A stretch of DNA of 64,000 bases from a phage: the NCBI GenBank assembly GCA_027262695.1, contig GCA_027262695.1_4722.1; one strand, 5' to 3'. Both the position numbers and the translations under genes were made by a program. Under the pieces are notes generated by a model. That model did no database searches, was not told the origin of the DNA, and was given only the letters and a program-made list of their open reading frames with translations. Numbering within the stretch: the first letter of the stretch is position 1; each line of letters opens with the position of its first letter. Shown here piece by piece: positions 9,957 through 19,171 of the stretch.

Positions 9957-12548
9957 TTACTGTTCGTCGCGTTCCAACAGGTACTCGGAAGCCGTAACAC
10001 CGTTTACAGTACGGATGGCTTTCAGACGTGTATCATCGTTCAGAATCACGGTAACAGACTGCAGACCTTTTACCTTGGTTTCGAAGGTTTTGAATACCTG
10101 GTCTAACATACGTGCGATGCTTGGGTTGGTGGCAGCTGATGCGTGGGTATACCCACTCTGATTAAGTTTCAGAATCTTCGCGTTGGTTGGTACACGAACG
10201 ATAACATGCGGACGCATAGCGAACACGCTGTGGTTGAACCAGTACGCATCCGGGCTGTCTTCATCGGTCACGAGGTCTGGATGGGTCTGCATATCTTCAG
10301 CTGCAGCATCCGCCAAACGACGTTCGATTTCGTCAGCATCCAGAGAACCATCTTTCTCCAGCTCGGCACGATACTCATCCATGATTGCTGCACGACGCTC
10401 TTGATTTGCGACCATCTTATCATGAGCCGCATTCAGGTAGTCGTTCATGCTGTAAAGCTCTGCCATGGAAAGACGGATGTTCCACTGACCACCACCGTCA
10501 CGATTGCAGTAGAGGCATTTCAACATATTGCCCCAGGTGTGATAGCAACGGGTGAACTCGTCTTCGATGAACTTCTGATCCATTTTAAGTTCGTTGATCA
10601 GCCAGCTATACAGCTCACCGACATCATCTACGAAGCTTGCAATGGTGGTTTCAGAGAAGTTCTTAGGTACAACACGCTTGATCCATTTGTTGATGTCTTT
10701 GGTCATGCTGTCGTTCAGGAAATGCCAGATACGCAGAGGGATAACCTCTCTGTGTTGTTGCATGACCTGACGATAGGCTGACACACCTTCAATATGACCT
10801 TTATCAATAGACAGGGCATCCAGGAATTCCTGGATAGCATCAAGCTGTTTATCGGTGTAGGTTCCCAGGTAGGAATTGACTGTGGTCAGGAACGCCAAAG
10901 CATCGTTCTGGTTGACGTCGGTATTGGTCTGCTGGATGATCGCAACCGTCGCTTTGGTTTCAGCGTCTTCGATGCTGGATGCCGGAACCATGTCAGTGAC
11001 AGTGAACAGTTTCATCTCACGCTGTTCGCCAACAACAATCGGTTCACGTCTAACCGGTTTGTTCAGGCTAACACGCACAACTTCTGCTTGCGCGATACGA
11101 TCCCATTCTGCCATTTCCAGCTCCGCCATACGACGTGCGGTTGGATCTGTTTCAAGTTGAATGTATTCCATTTCTTCCACCGTAAGTGAGGTAATATCAA
11201 CAATGGTTTCATGAAGAATTCCATTTTCGTCGATGCGAGCACGACGAGCGAATTGCCTGAAGTCATACGCGGTTGGCCAACGGCTATCAGGTGCGTAGTC
11301 TTTGGCTTTCAGACGCATTTGCATGAATTCTTCATGGTGAACAACACGACCGTATTGCTTCGCATCTTCGGTCGCATCAAGAGGGTCAACCGTTTTGGTT
11401 ACCGTTGCAGGACGTACGCTACGTACCGGCTCAGGTTTTACCTTCACGGTTTCAGGTTGAGTAGGCGCTTTCTGCTCAGCCTTAACATGCCATTTCGGTT
11501 CTTCGTACTGCTCAGCGAATTGCTCAGCTACCGCAAAGATATCGTTGATACCGCCGATATCTCCATCCGGATGGGTTGAGTAAATACGCGTTTGTGGTGC
11601 TTCCCGACGTGTTGCTGCCGGAGCAGGTTTATCGTCAACTGGGTCATCATCACCAACATCGTACAAACGGTTGAACGCACACTCCTTCGAATCCATATAC
11701 GAAGGTGCTTGCTGCTGAACAACCGTTGGTCGAGGTTGTGTGCCGTATCCTGGCATTGTCGGAGCCATACCACGCATAACCGCTGGATTAGGTTGGTACT
11801 GCGGCTGAGGATAAGCTCCACCGTACGTGTTATACACAGGTTGTTGAGGTTGACCGTATCCGGCGTTGACCATCGCGTTTGCTTGCGGTCCGCGATAGGT
11901 CATTCCCAACTGCGTTACCTGCGCTTTTAACGCACGTGTCTTCTGCGCGATTTGATTCAGAGTCCCACCTTGATTCAGTTGTGTATACTTATTCGCTGCT
12001 TCCGGGTTAATGCGCGTTAATTCCTTTGCACGATAATACTCAGGATATTGATTGGCCTCAAAGAGCCACTGTACAAGATGCATAAGTATCGTTGTACGTA
12101 CCGCGGTGTCGATAATCTGATCGACTGAAGCATTCTGAGGCGCTGGGTTGATGTAAGAGAATACGTTCCAGCAGCAGTCTTCAACAAGTGACTCCATCGC
12201 CTCGTTGTTATTGGCGTAACGTGCCACGAACTGTGTTTGAATATCGTCTTGCTGGGCATGCTCTTTCAGGATAACAAAGATAGCCTGACGGATTTTGACG
12301 ATATTTCCTTCGTTGGTGATGAACTGGTAGTTCTGCTGATATGCTGGATTAGGTTGGTATTGCGGTGGTTGTTGGTAACCGCCCCCGTATTGTGGATAAG
12401 CCGGTTGCTGGGGTTGGTACGGAGGTTGTTGATATTGCGGTTGCTGGTACTGTTGTTGACGCACCTGGTCAGCTGCAAATCGAACCGTGCTTGCGTACGG
12501 GTTCTCGCTATAGCCCATTTGTTGGTAAATGTTGTTACCGTTATACAT
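9957..12548 (-). CDS. hypothetical protein with Gln/Pro/Tyr-rich low-complexity (prion-like) regions
   Basis: 863 aa ORF; N-terminal QQYQQPQYQQPPYQPQQPAYPQYGGGYQQPPQYQPNPAYQQNYQ and internal GYGQPQQPVYNTYGGAYPQPQYQPNPA tracts; the DNA shows matching degenerate repeats near 12340-12480 and 11700-11900. Confidence 0.65.
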   Translation of the reverse strand: MYNGNNIYQQMGYSENPYASTVRFAADQVRQQQYQQPQYQQPPYQPQQPAYPQYGGGYQQPPQYQPNPAYQQNYQFITNEGNIVKIRQAIFVILKEHAQQDDIQTQFVARYANNNEAMESLVEDCCWNVFSYINPAPQNASVDQIIDTAVRTTILMHLVQWLFEANQYPEYYRAKELTRINPEAANKYTQLNQGGTLNQIAQKTRALKAQVTQLGMTYRGPQANAMVNAGYGQPQQPVYNTYGGAYPQPQYQPNPAVMRGMAPTMPGYGTQPRPTVVQQQAPSYMDSKECAFNRLYDVGDDDPVDDKPAPAATRREAPQTRIYSTHPDGDIGGINDIFAVAEQFAEQYEEPKWHVKAEQKAPTQPETVKVKPEPVRSVRPATVTKTVDPLDATEDAKQYGRVVHHEEFMQMRLKAKDYAPDSRWPTAYDFRQFARRARIDENGILHETIVDITSLTVEEMEYIQLETDPTARRMAELEMAEWDRIAQAEVVRVSLNKPVRREPIVVGEQREMKLFTVTDMVPASSIEDAETKATVAIIQQTNTDVNQNDALAFLTTVNSYLGTYTDKQLDAIQEFLDALSIDKGHIEGVSAYRQVMQQHREVIPLRIWHFLNDSMTKDINKWIKRVVPKNFSETTIASFVDDVGELYSWLINELKMDQKFIEDEFTRCYHTWGNMLKCLYCNRDGGGQWNIRLSMAELYSMNDYLNAAHDKMVANQERRAAIMDEYRAELEKDGSLDADEIERRLADAAAEDMQTHPDLVTDEDSPDAYWFNHSVFAMRPHVIVRVPTNAKILKLNQSGYTHASAATNPSIARMLDQVFKTFETKVKGLQSVTVILNDDTRLKAIRTVNGVTASEYLLERDEQ

Positions 12549-12582
12549 CTTCTTACAATCCTTTTATTTATTCGATTAGGTG

Positions 12583-14379
12583 TCAATCGATTATGTCACG
12601 ATCGTTAATTTCTACAATTTCTTCATCGAATCGACCGACGTCTTTCTTCAAGCCTGCGTTTGTTGCTGCAACGTCATTTGCGATTTGTGGGGTAACGATT
12701 AACCGACCACGATCGTCAATCGGTGCGTACATACTGAACTTCTGGCGTCCGGTTGGTTCGGAGTGCGGAAGATTCAGATAGCTCGCGCAGAACGGGATGG
12801 AACCGCTCACCAAACGACTCTCGTCAGCCAATGCGGCACCGCCCGCATTTTGACTCTGGAGAACAACATGTGTACTTACTTTGAACAGCATGCAGTCACC
12901 AGGTGATTGAATCGAGGTTGCCACTTTCTCGCGTTTATCACGATTGCTCTGGATGTTGAGAATCGCTTCTGTTGCAACTTGATTGCGTAACGCTTTTTGT
13001 ACATCGCGATTGGTCATCTCTTTCCGGTTGTTCTGTCGTTTACCACGTTCAGTGGTTTTAAGATGGAACCCCAGTTTAAAGATGCTCTTACGCACATCCT
13101 CCATGACGTATTCCAACACCATCAGTTCCTTACCGAACATCGTCGTGGTGTCGACACGACTCATTTCGATAGTGACGTTATCAATCAAATACGCCATGAA
13201 TTCGTAGAAGTCGTCGCACGGAATATTTTCCTGTTTGAACTTCTTCTGTTGAATTTCGTCAACGTAAAGATCGAGGCTGTCGATGTGGTGGTTTACATCA
13301 CGCAACAAACGCGCATCCGCGTTGTTGTTATTAAAGATAATCAAACCGAGTAGCGTACGCCAGTGGTCTGGCGCATTCGCGAACTCTTCAACCGGATAGT
13401 CTTCTGGAAAACGATCGTAATAACGGTCGATGAGATAGAGGAACGCACCGACAAGACCGAGCACAATACGTTCCGTGCCGCCACGTCTTACCGCGATTTG
13501 AATATCAGGATGTTTATAACGTACCGCGCTAACGCTACGACTCTTACCGCTTTTGCTAATACTAAAGCCTTTAGGAATAACGCCCATGGTGCGATAGATT
13601 ACCCATTGGTCGCGCGGAAAATCACGTTCAGCGAGATTCCGTCCGGTTATTGCTTCGACGCCTGCAAAACGCCGGAAACATTCACCCACGCCATATTTCG
13701 CAAAGAGATAATGGCCCAACGTGGTTACGCTGGTGTGGTTGATGTTGTCCCCGTTCACCTTGCTTTGTTTGGTAAGGTGATAGATTTGCGACCAGGGCAA
13801 TGACAAGTAATGTCGATAATCATTACCGGTTGGTGTATCATTGCTCAGGAACTGATACGGCGTACGCTTAACGGTGATTTTGTCACGCGGAAGCATGATG
13901 AACGCCATGTCTTTCGTGTAACTGATTACCGGGTCAGCAAGCACCGCACTGAGAATGAAGTTCGCACCACGTAGACGCATCTTGCCACCCTGACCTACCG
14001 CAGGCAATAGGAGAGGATGCCGGATGATGCAGTAATCCTTGCCGGGTTCACGACGGTCACCTGCTTCCATCGCGCCATACCAGCGGAATTCCAGCATCAC
14101 CATGAACACATCGGAAGGCGCAAGGTCGAACGTCAGCTTACCGCTATCCTTCCCTTTGGTTTTCTTTCCTCCGCTTAAGTAGTGAAACTGTTCGCGGGCC
14201 ATACAACGACGTAGGCCATGATACACCAGATCCTTAGGTAAACTATCTTTGCTGTTCCGCCAAAGACGATCGACGTAGGACTCAACATCTTGCATCTTAT
14301 CGACAACGATGTTGCGTGCTATCTTCTCGTTCATCTTCGGTGCAAGCTCAGCGACAGCTTTGCAGAATCTAGGATCCAT
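12583..14379 (-). CDS. hypothetical protein
   Basis: about 598 aa; the track start is GTG at 14382 and the adjacent ATG at 14379 is preferred; preceded by tgtaaggag SD-like sequence; no recognisable catalytic motif. Confidence 0.6.
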   Translation of the reverse strand: MDPRFCKAVAELAPKMNEKIARNIVVDKMQDVESYVDRLWRNSKDSLPKDLVYHGLRRCMAREQFHYLSGGKKTKGKDSGKLTFDLAPSDVFMVMLEFRWYGAMEAGDRREPGKDYCIIRHPLLLPAVGQGGKMRLRGANFILSAVLADPVISYTKDMAFIMLPRDKITVKRTPYQFLSNDTPTGNDYRHYLSLPWSQIYHLTKQSKVNGDNINHTSVTTLGHYLFAKYGVGECFRRFAGVEAITGRNLAERDFPRDQWVIYRTMGVIPKGFSISKSGKSRSVSAVRYKHPDIQIAVRRGGTERIVLGLVGAFLYLIDRYYDRFPEDYPVEEFANAPDHWRTLLGLIIFNNNNADARLLRDVNHHIDSLDLYVDEIQQKKFKQENIPCDDFYEFMAYLIDNVTIEMSRVDTTTMFGKELMVLEYVMEDVRKSIFKLGFHLKTTERGKRQNNRKEMTNRDVQKALRNQVATEAILNIQSNRDKREKVATSIQSPGDCMLFKVSTHVVLQSQNAGGAALADESRLVSGSIPFCASYLNLPHSEPTGRQKFSMYAPIDDRGRLIVTPQIANDVAATNAGLKKDVGRFDEEIVEINDRDIID

Positions 14380-14418
14380 CACACACTCCTTACAGAAAGT
14401 TGCTTAAGCAGATTAAAG

Positions 14419-15801
14419 TTATTTCTTCGATGACGCCTTCTCAAGAATCTTGAAAAAGGTCATACCTATACCGACAACGGCTGCGGTGATGCTTGCTGCA
14501 GCTTTCCAGACATCGACGTTACGTTGACGTCGTGCTTCTTCCGCCTCACGTTGTCTTTTTGCCTCTTCATCACGTCGGCGTATTTCAGCAGCGAATTCCT
14601 CATGCTTACGTTTCGCGTCTTCGTCTCGGCGACGCATTTCAGCGATAAGTTCATCGTGCTTACGTTTCGCGTCTTCATCGCGACGTTTGAGTTCAGCCAG
14701 ATGGTCATCTTGCATTTGTCGCCGAAGTTCGTCCTGACGTTTTATTTCGGCTCTATGCTGCTCATCACGCAGTTTTGCTTCAGCGCGATGGGTCTCTTGC
14801 ATCCGTTCGATGACGTCTTTATGTTCATCCGCCATACGTCGCATTTCAGCCATCACCCCTTTAAGGGTTTCTTCTGATGACTTACGTTCGTAGCTACGCT
14901 GGTCGAAATCATTTTTGTAGGCTTCCTTCTGGATGGGATCGCGCCAATGCAATGCCGATTCGCGGGTTGGAAAAACATTGTATTTCCACATTTCTTTTTC
15001 CAAATCTTCTACCGGTACGAAGACGGAATCATTATTCCCGAAGGTAACCAACATCCCTGGAGCACCTGCCCCGTTCGTTGGTTTTATTTCGAACGCTTTC
15101 CCCAAGACGTTAACCCATAAGCTGTACGGATTATGGAAGTCTGGTGGCGTCCAATGGATGGTGAGCTGTGTTCCGAGAATCCGGAACCCCTCTGGTTTTC
15201 CTGTTAAACTTCGCGCACATGTTGCGATATAGGGGTGATCAATCCCTTTCGTAACATGGTCAGCGCTTTTGTATTCTCCTTTAACTTTTACGATTGCCAC
15301 GTTAATTTGCGCGACATACACAGGTTGATTAAAATTTAAGGCTGTTAGGTCTATTCGACATATCTCGTCCAAGGTGTCGTACCAATCTTCCTGGTCGAGC
15401 AACCTGGGTTTTCTCTCGACGCACGTAATGCGTCGGATATGGGGTTTTCTTACCGCATAACCGCTTCGGTTTTTAACGCCCAGTATATCCCGTCGTCTAC
15501 CGTCGTAGACGAAGTTCTTGAACGCGCCATTCGCATTAGATATGTCATGGCTGTCAACTATTACAGGACTACGAAATTTTGAACGTCGTACGATCCTGAA
15601 TGTGTTACCCTCTTCGACCCTACCTGGAATGTATTGGAACATATTGTCGGATGTAATGACCAATACCGTATGCCCAGACTCATTAATACAACCCCACCCT
15701 AACTCTAAGTCATATAACGGTTCCTGGTATCCGTCGATGCTATACGTGCCTGTGCCATCCCACGGCTCAAACGGCGTATCGCAAACCGGCATAGAGGACA
15801 T
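14419..15801 (-). CDS. tail-anchored membrane protein with tandem 18 aa coiled-coil repeats
   Basis: 460 aa; four Arg/Glu/Lys-rich 18-residue repeats (e.g. AELKRRDEDAKRKHDELI) followed by a C-terminal hydrophobic segment AAASITAAVVGIGMTFFKIL; gagggagg SD. Confidence 0.6.
   Translation of the reverse strand: MSSMPVCDTPFEPWDGTGTYSIDGYQEPLYDLELGWGCINESGHTVLVITSDNMFQYIPGRVEEGNTFRIVRRSKFRSPVIVDSHDISNANGAFKNFVYDGRRRDILGVKNRSGYAVRKPHIRRITCVERKPRLLDQEDWYDTLDEICRIDLTALNFNQPVYVAQINVAIVKVKGEYKSADHVTKGIDHPYIATCARSLTGKPEGFRILGTQLTIHWTPPDFHNPYSLWVNVLGKAFEIKPTNGAGAPGMLVTFGNNDSVFVPVEDLEKEMWKYNVFPTRESALHWRDPIQKEAYKNDFDQRSYERKSSEETLKGVMAEMRRMADEHKDVIERMQETHRAEAKLRDEQHRAEIKRQDELRRQMQDDHLAELKRRDEDAKRKHDELIAEMRRRDEDAKRKHEEFAAEIRRRDEEAKRQREAEEARRQRNVDVWKAAASITAAVVGIGMTFFKILEKASSKK
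14550..14760. repeat. in-frame tandem 54 bp repeats inside the CDS
   Basis: catgcttacgtttcgcgtcttcgtctcggcgacgcatttcagc and cgtgcttacgtttcgcgtcttcatcgcgacgtttgagttcagc spaced 54 bp apart, with further degenerate copies flanking. Confidence 0.6.
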
Positions 15802-16013
15802 TGATTATCCTCCCTCAAACAGACAACATACATGCATAATGCACGTCCCTTTTCTTGTTATCATCACAACGACAGTCGACGGTTTCAGCATCATTCTTAG
15901 CGCGAGAACGACCTTACGTGTTGTCTATGCCTTTTTTCATTGAAGGCTTCTGTCACCTAGGTAATGTAAGCGTCAAATTTTTTCTAATCTAACCCAGCAT
16001 AACAGCATAATAA

Positions 16014-16043
16014 CCTCCCTCAGCCCGTAAGGACCGAGGGAGG
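16014..16043. terminator. conserved GC-rich hairpin (family copy 3) downstream of the putative major capsid gene
   Basis: cctccctc-agcccgtaaggacc-gagggagg; located 3' of the stop at 16143 on the minus strand. Confidence 0.5.
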
Positions 16044-16142
16044 TTGACTTATGTATCACGGTGCCGGATGAATGTCCGGTGTAATGAAACCATCCGCAAC
16101 GTTGTTTTCAAGAACTTCATCCAACGAAGCAGCTCCGGTATT

Positions 16143-18365
16143 TCAGTTAGTCTGAACCGGCAGCTTGATGTTTTCAGTGTAGACCTTACGCAGGTTCACA
16201 ACGTTGATCAGACCCAGCAGCGGGCAGTTGTTCACGAAACGGCAGCGCGGCTGAACCATGGTTTCTTTAGAAACCTGACCGTTACGAGTAACCTGAGCAA
16301 CGGATACCAGTTCCGGTACGTACAGGAACATACCGAAGGTCAGCGGATCCGGAGAACCCTGGATACCACGAGACAGGGTCACGAAGATCTTGTCGCGCAA
16401 CATGACGTTCGGGTTGTCTACAACCACGAAGTTGAAGCTTACACCCACGGTGCGGAAGTCACCGTCGGTCTGCAGGAACTGCGGGATGTAGTTGTCGGTT
16501 GCTACTACGCAACGCGGTTTCTCATCAGCGTTGGAAGACAGCAGCTGCAGAGCTGGCTGATAACCAGACTCGGAGTACATGCGGTACGCCATTTCACGAA
16601 TCACGTTCATGATCGCAGCGGATACTTCAGCACGACGTTCTGCAGTGGTGGTACCCTGAACGGATTTCTCCAGGTCCAGATCGATTTCTTCGAACCACGG
16701 ACGAATCAGGTAACGACCGAAACCTTCGATCTGAATGTCACCGAACTGACGGAAGCGAGAAGTTGCAACCGCTTTCAGGGCGTCTTTGTAGCTGAACAGT
16801 TTCTCAACCATCAGGTTGTCGAAACGTGCGTTAGCTGCTTGGATCAGAACATCCAGGTCAGCAGCGTTTTCTTCCCAATCCAGCGGACGAGGAATGGAGA
16901 ACGGAGCCAGCAGGCCGATTGCGTAACGTTCTTGCTTCATGTTGAAGTCAAGATGTTTACCGCGTTCACGACGGTTGCTGTTGTTACGACGGATACGCAG
17001 TTCGTAACCCACCAGTTTGAAGCTCAGGTCTTCAGCCAGATCTTTGAATTCCTGGCTCTTACGCGGTTGTTCGATGTTGTCCTGGTCAACCAGACGATAC
17101 AGTTCAGCGGTAGCGCCATTAACACGCAGACCCGCTTTCTCTACGTTGGAAGAACCGTAAACTTCGATCGCCAGCTGAGCAGCAGATTTCGCATCGATGA
17201 TGTCCTGCAGCGCTTCAGCTTTCGCACCTTTAACGTCAACGGTGTTCTCATCAACGAAGATGGAGTGGGTGTCGAACGCCAGGGTCATTTTGCGGAAGTC
17301 GCCTTCCAGGGATTTCTGGAAACCGTTGGTGATCAGACCGGATACGTCGAACGGAACGTAAGAGGTTTTGCTGTGCTTGGTGGATTTAATTTCCACCAGG
17401 ATTTTGGTCAGCGTGATCTGAGCATCCAGCGCGTCAGTGTTGTCGCTGTAACCGTTAGCCAGAATGCTATCGTCTTCAGCGATACCGATCATGTCGATCA
17501 GTTTATCAACCGCCAGGTAAGACGTTTTGTAAGTAACGCCTTTGATTTCGATGTCGCGCGGAGCAACGATGGTTTTATCAACGAAGTACTGCGCGTTAGC
17601 ATCGTCAGCACGGTAGATCGGATGCAGATCGGTCACGTCGTTGGACAGAACGTCGTTGTACATGAACGCATCCAGCAGCGGACGACGTACCCAATCAGCC
17701 GGAGTACCATCACCGTTACGACGCAGGTGGTTGAACACCAGCGGACGACGGAAGGAAACGTCATAACCGATCTGGTTCGGAGCCAGAACGATGGTGTTGT
17801 ACAGTTCGTTACCCATGCGGCTCAGACGAGACGCCTTCACGTTGAACACAACGGAGTACGGCATCATGTCACGCAGTTCTTTCTGGTCGTAGGACAGCTG
17901 AACCAGTTCTTCAGATTCACAACCGCAGGAATCCGCAGCCATCATGACGAAGTTAGCGCTGTCAACATCACGGCCGGACGGCGAGGTGCTGATGTTCATG
18001 GAACGTGCTTGTTTAGCATATTCCACCGGGTTGCCATGTGCCAGCATGATCAGCGCTGCAGCGCGAGCCTGCTGTGCGTTCATGGTGAACAGCTGTTCTT
18101 CAATACGTTGCTTCTCTTCCGGAGTTGTGGTTTCGAAGCCCAGCATGGACAGAACCGGTTCTTCAGCTTTACGGATGTCGCTGCTGAAGCTCTTAACATC
18201 CATTTCGTTAACCAGTTTGTCCATGGATTTGAAATCAACCTTAGAAGCAGATTCCATAGACAGGAAGGTGTTTTCCAGACCTTTGTCTGCTGGTTTGCTA
18301 CCATTAGCGGTCAGGAACTGGCGAGTGGCCGCGACCTGTTGGCTAAGAAGGGTTTTATCATTCAT
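16143..18365 (-). CDS. putative major capsid protein (highly expressed virion protein)
   Basis: 740 aa, the size class of jumbo-phage major capsid proteins; codon usage strongly biased to CTG/CGT/GGT/AAC/TTC unlike its neighbours; helical N-terminal region resembling a propeptide; the function is inferred, not matched to a database. Confidence 0.45.
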   Translation of the reverse strand: MNDKTLLSQQVAATRQFLTANGSKPADKGLENTFLSMESASKVDFKSMDKLVNEMDVKSFSSDIRKAEEPVLSMLGFETTTPEEKQRIEEQLFTMNAQQARAAALIMLAHGNPVEYAKQARSMNISTSPSGRDVDSANFVMMAADSCGCESEELVQLSYDQKELRDMMPYSVVFNVKASRLSRMGNELYNTIVLAPNQIGYDVSFRRPLVFNHLRRNGDGTPADWVRRPLLDAFMYNDVLSNDVTDLHPIYRADDANAQYFVDKTIVAPRDIEIKGVTYKTSYLAVDKLIDMIGIAEDDSILANGYSDNTDALDAQITLTKILVEIKSTKHSKTSYVPFDVSGLITNGFQKSLEGDFRKMTLAFDTHSIFVDENTVDVKGAKAEALQDIIDAKSAAQLAIEVYGSSNVEKAGLRVNGATAELYRLVDQDNIEQPRKSQEFKDLAEDLSFKLVGYELRIRRNNSNRRERGKHLDFNMKQERYAIGLLAPFSIPRPLDWEENAADLDVLIQAANARFDNLMVEKLFSYKDALKAVATSRFRQFGDIQIEGFGRYLIRPWFEEIDLDLEKSVQGTTTAERRAEVSAAIMNVIREMAYRMYSESGYQPALQLLSSNADEKPRCVVATDNYIPQFLQTDGDFRTVGVSFNFVVVDNPNVMLRDKIFVTLSRGIQGSPDPLTFGMFLYVPELVSVAQVTRNGQVSKETMVQPRCRFVNNCPLLGLINVVNLRKVYTENIKLPVQTN

Positions 18366-18514
18366 TGAAAGTATCCTTTACAGATTTAACTTATATAAGT
18401 CGGTCGATAGACCATAGCGTACACGCGTGCATGCGCCACTATAGTATCAGTAAACACTTACCGTTATTGAGGTTGTGATACAACACTAAAAATGCCGCAT
18501 AACTTTTCCCTACG
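18366..18514 (-). promoter_or_regulatory. upstream region of the putative capsid gene with palindromic sites
   Basis: 149 bp gap; contains the palindrome cacgcgtg (18422-18429), gcatgc, and a tatataag box about 30 nt before the ATG; tgtaaagga SD 8 nt before the ATG. Confidence 0.3.
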
Positions 18515-19135
18515 TCACAAACGACGCAGGCGATAATGGATGGAACGATTGGTGCAATATGAACGGAACAGCGGTAATTGCGCAACTTCCGCAAGACTCA
18601 TATTAATTCGCAGATGTTCGATAACCGCGCTGTAGTTATCGGCGATACGATCGCTCAGTAACTCTTCTGCCAATAAAGGAAGACAATCGACAACGATGGC
18701 GATCACATCCTCATTAACATAACGCACCCGAACATTGAGTGGACGTTTGTCTGGGCCGTAAGTTGGATCCGCCAAACGACGTTCAATATCGCGTGGATAG
18801 CTCGTCAGTAAATGGTAATAACCATTGTCATAACGATTGATGTACTCACACAGCACATCAACATTCTTCTCTGGCGGCAAACCTGTTTCGTCATAGTGAT
18901 ACGCAAACATACCACCAAGCAGGTTGTTAAGATGAACAGCCGCATTCGTTTGTTCGTGTTCTTTCGTAATGAAGAAAGGCACGTTCTGAGCTGCGAAATA
19001 AAAACCTACATCATTGGGCGATAGTATGCCGAAAAGACTTTTAGGATCCAACAGCACCTGTAAGTCATCACGCGCATTTCGCATAATCGCGTGTTCTACC
19101 CAATTCGGAACGACGAGATATCGGAGTTCCTTCAT
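18515..19135 (-). CDS. hypothetical protein
   Basis: 206 aa ORF. Confidence 0.55.
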   Translation of the reverse strand: MKELRYLVVPNWVEHAIMRNARDDLQVLLDPKSLFGILSPNDVGFYFAAQNVPFFITKEHEQTNAAVHLNNLLGGMFAYHYDETGLPPEKNVDVLCEYINRYDNGYYHLLTSYPRDIERRLADPTYGPDKRPLNVRVRYVNEDVIAIVVDCLPLLAEELLSDRIADNYSAVIEHLRINMSLAEVAQLPLFRSYCTNRSIHYRLRRL

Positions 19136-19171
19136 TATGATTACCTCTTTGTAAGTATCGAAAGGATTGAG

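Noticed and set aside
10143-10781. Plus-strand ORFs of 200+ aa (also 32197-32946, 32741-33247, 39469-39867, 7974-8630 on minus) overlapping long genes
   Set aside because: All are antisense shadows of long genes on the other strand, with Cys/Arg-rich or Ser/Ala-rich low-complexity translations; not supported as genes.
12583-14379. Assigning the 599 aa protein as a nuclear-shell (chimallin), RNA polymerase subunit or terminase
   Set aside because: No Walker A, no NADFDGD and no other diagnostic motif was found, and I cannot recall reference sequences reliably enough; left as hypothetical.
16044-18368. 774 aa plus-strand ORF spanning the whole putative capsid gene
   Set aside because: Antisense to a gene with extreme codon bias, whose GC-rich third positions remove stops from the opposite strand; low-complexity translation (many R, V, Q, F), no SD, and the minus-strand gene has the coherent protein sequence.
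18419-18438. Palindromic cluster gtacacgcgtgcatgcgc upstream of the putative capsid gene as an operator
   Set aside because: Only short overlapping 6-8 bp palindromes with no second copy elsewhere in the window; kept as a low-confidence regulatory note.
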